Positions 55,715-55,885 of a stretch of DNA of 55,885 bases are shown here, piece by piece. Below the pieces are notes generated by a model, which was not told the origin of the DNA, ran no database searches, and saw only the letters and a program-made list of their open reading frames with translations. Source of the stretch: an uncultured bacterium. GTDB taxonomy: Bacteria > Krumholzibacteriota > Krumholzibacteriia > Krumholzibacteriales > Krumholzibacteriaceae. How positions within the stretch are numbered: position 1 is the stretch's first letter; each line of letters begins with the position of its first letter. The translations under genes were made by a program, and so were the position numbers. The stretch is taken from positions 1-55,885 of the forward strand of contig CBDUYR010000014.1 in NCBI GenBank assembly GCA_965371515.1. The letters are read 5' to 3'.

Positions 55715-55742
55715 ATATTATCAAAAAAGAGCGATTCGTCAA
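55715..55742 (-). promoter_or_regulatory. Putative sigma70 promoter of tRNA-Ala
   Basis: TTGACG-16 bp-TAATAT with extended TG. Confidence 0.6.
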
Positions 55743-55793
55743 GTAAAAATGGCCCGACTGCCTTATGGGCACCTTTCGAATCCCCCAAATCCC

Positions 55794-55822
55794 TTGACAC
55801 TACTGTATAATGAAAATACCTT
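55794..55822 (+). promoter_or_regulatory. Putative sigma70 promoter of tRNA-Leu
   Basis: TTGACA-17 bp-TACCTT, ending 9 nt before the tRNA. Confidence 0.6.
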
Positions 55823-55831
55823 TCCGTTTGT

Positions 55832-55885
55832 GCCGGAGTGGTGAAACTGGTAGACGCAGGGGACTCAAAATCCCCCGGGGGCAAC
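55832..55885 (+). tRNA. tRNA-Leu(CAA), truncated by the window end
   Basis: GCCGGAGTGGTGAAACTGGTAGACGC, anticodon arm GGGGA-CTCAAAA-TCCCC, start of a long variable arm. Confidence 0.92.

Overview
A GC-rich bacterial core-chromosome segment with about 43 CDSs, 40 of them on the minus strand, and two tRNAs. No mobile element, prophage or CRISPR array is visible. Markers such as a PorV-family barrel, bS22, an FCB-type SecA and a GlmU-like NTP_transf_4 protein, together with strong Shine-Dalgarno sites, suggest an FCB-superphylum organism such as the Krumholzibacteriota/Latescibacterota group (inference). Gene order: rpsA (truncated at the edge)-ispH-cmk/plsC fusion-hisC-rluB-scpB-scpA-xerD-uvrC, rpsT (+), proS, a YitJ-like Hcy methyltransferase/MTHFR (+), dapF-lipoprotein-argF-hslUV-xerC-trmFO-topA-DUF494-secA, a PQQ-propeller/J-TPR/TPR cluster, SLT, guaA-purH-purC-purN, comEC, a diguanylate cyclase, mltD (+), glgC/glgD-like, porV-like, two sigma54 activators, a hybrid kinase, PilZ, bS22 (missed by the ORF track), HU/IHF, an AcsE-like protein, a GlmU-like protein, tRNA-Ala(GGC) and a partial tRNA-Leu(CAA). 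Best leads: (1) an 8-Cys insertion in SecA NBD2; (2) a coupled pair of sigma54 activators with complementary defects, plus several local sigma54-like promoters; (3) a ~101-nt rod-like candidate sRNA upstream of the HU/IHF gene; (4) a pseudo-PP2C-TM-propeller protein beside a TPR/J-domain pair; (5) a three-hairpin leader ahead of the pur genes; (6) rpsT embedded antisense between proS and uvrC; (7) a 32-aa acidic tandem repeat in the S1 tail. All calls come from motif recognition by eye; no searches were run.
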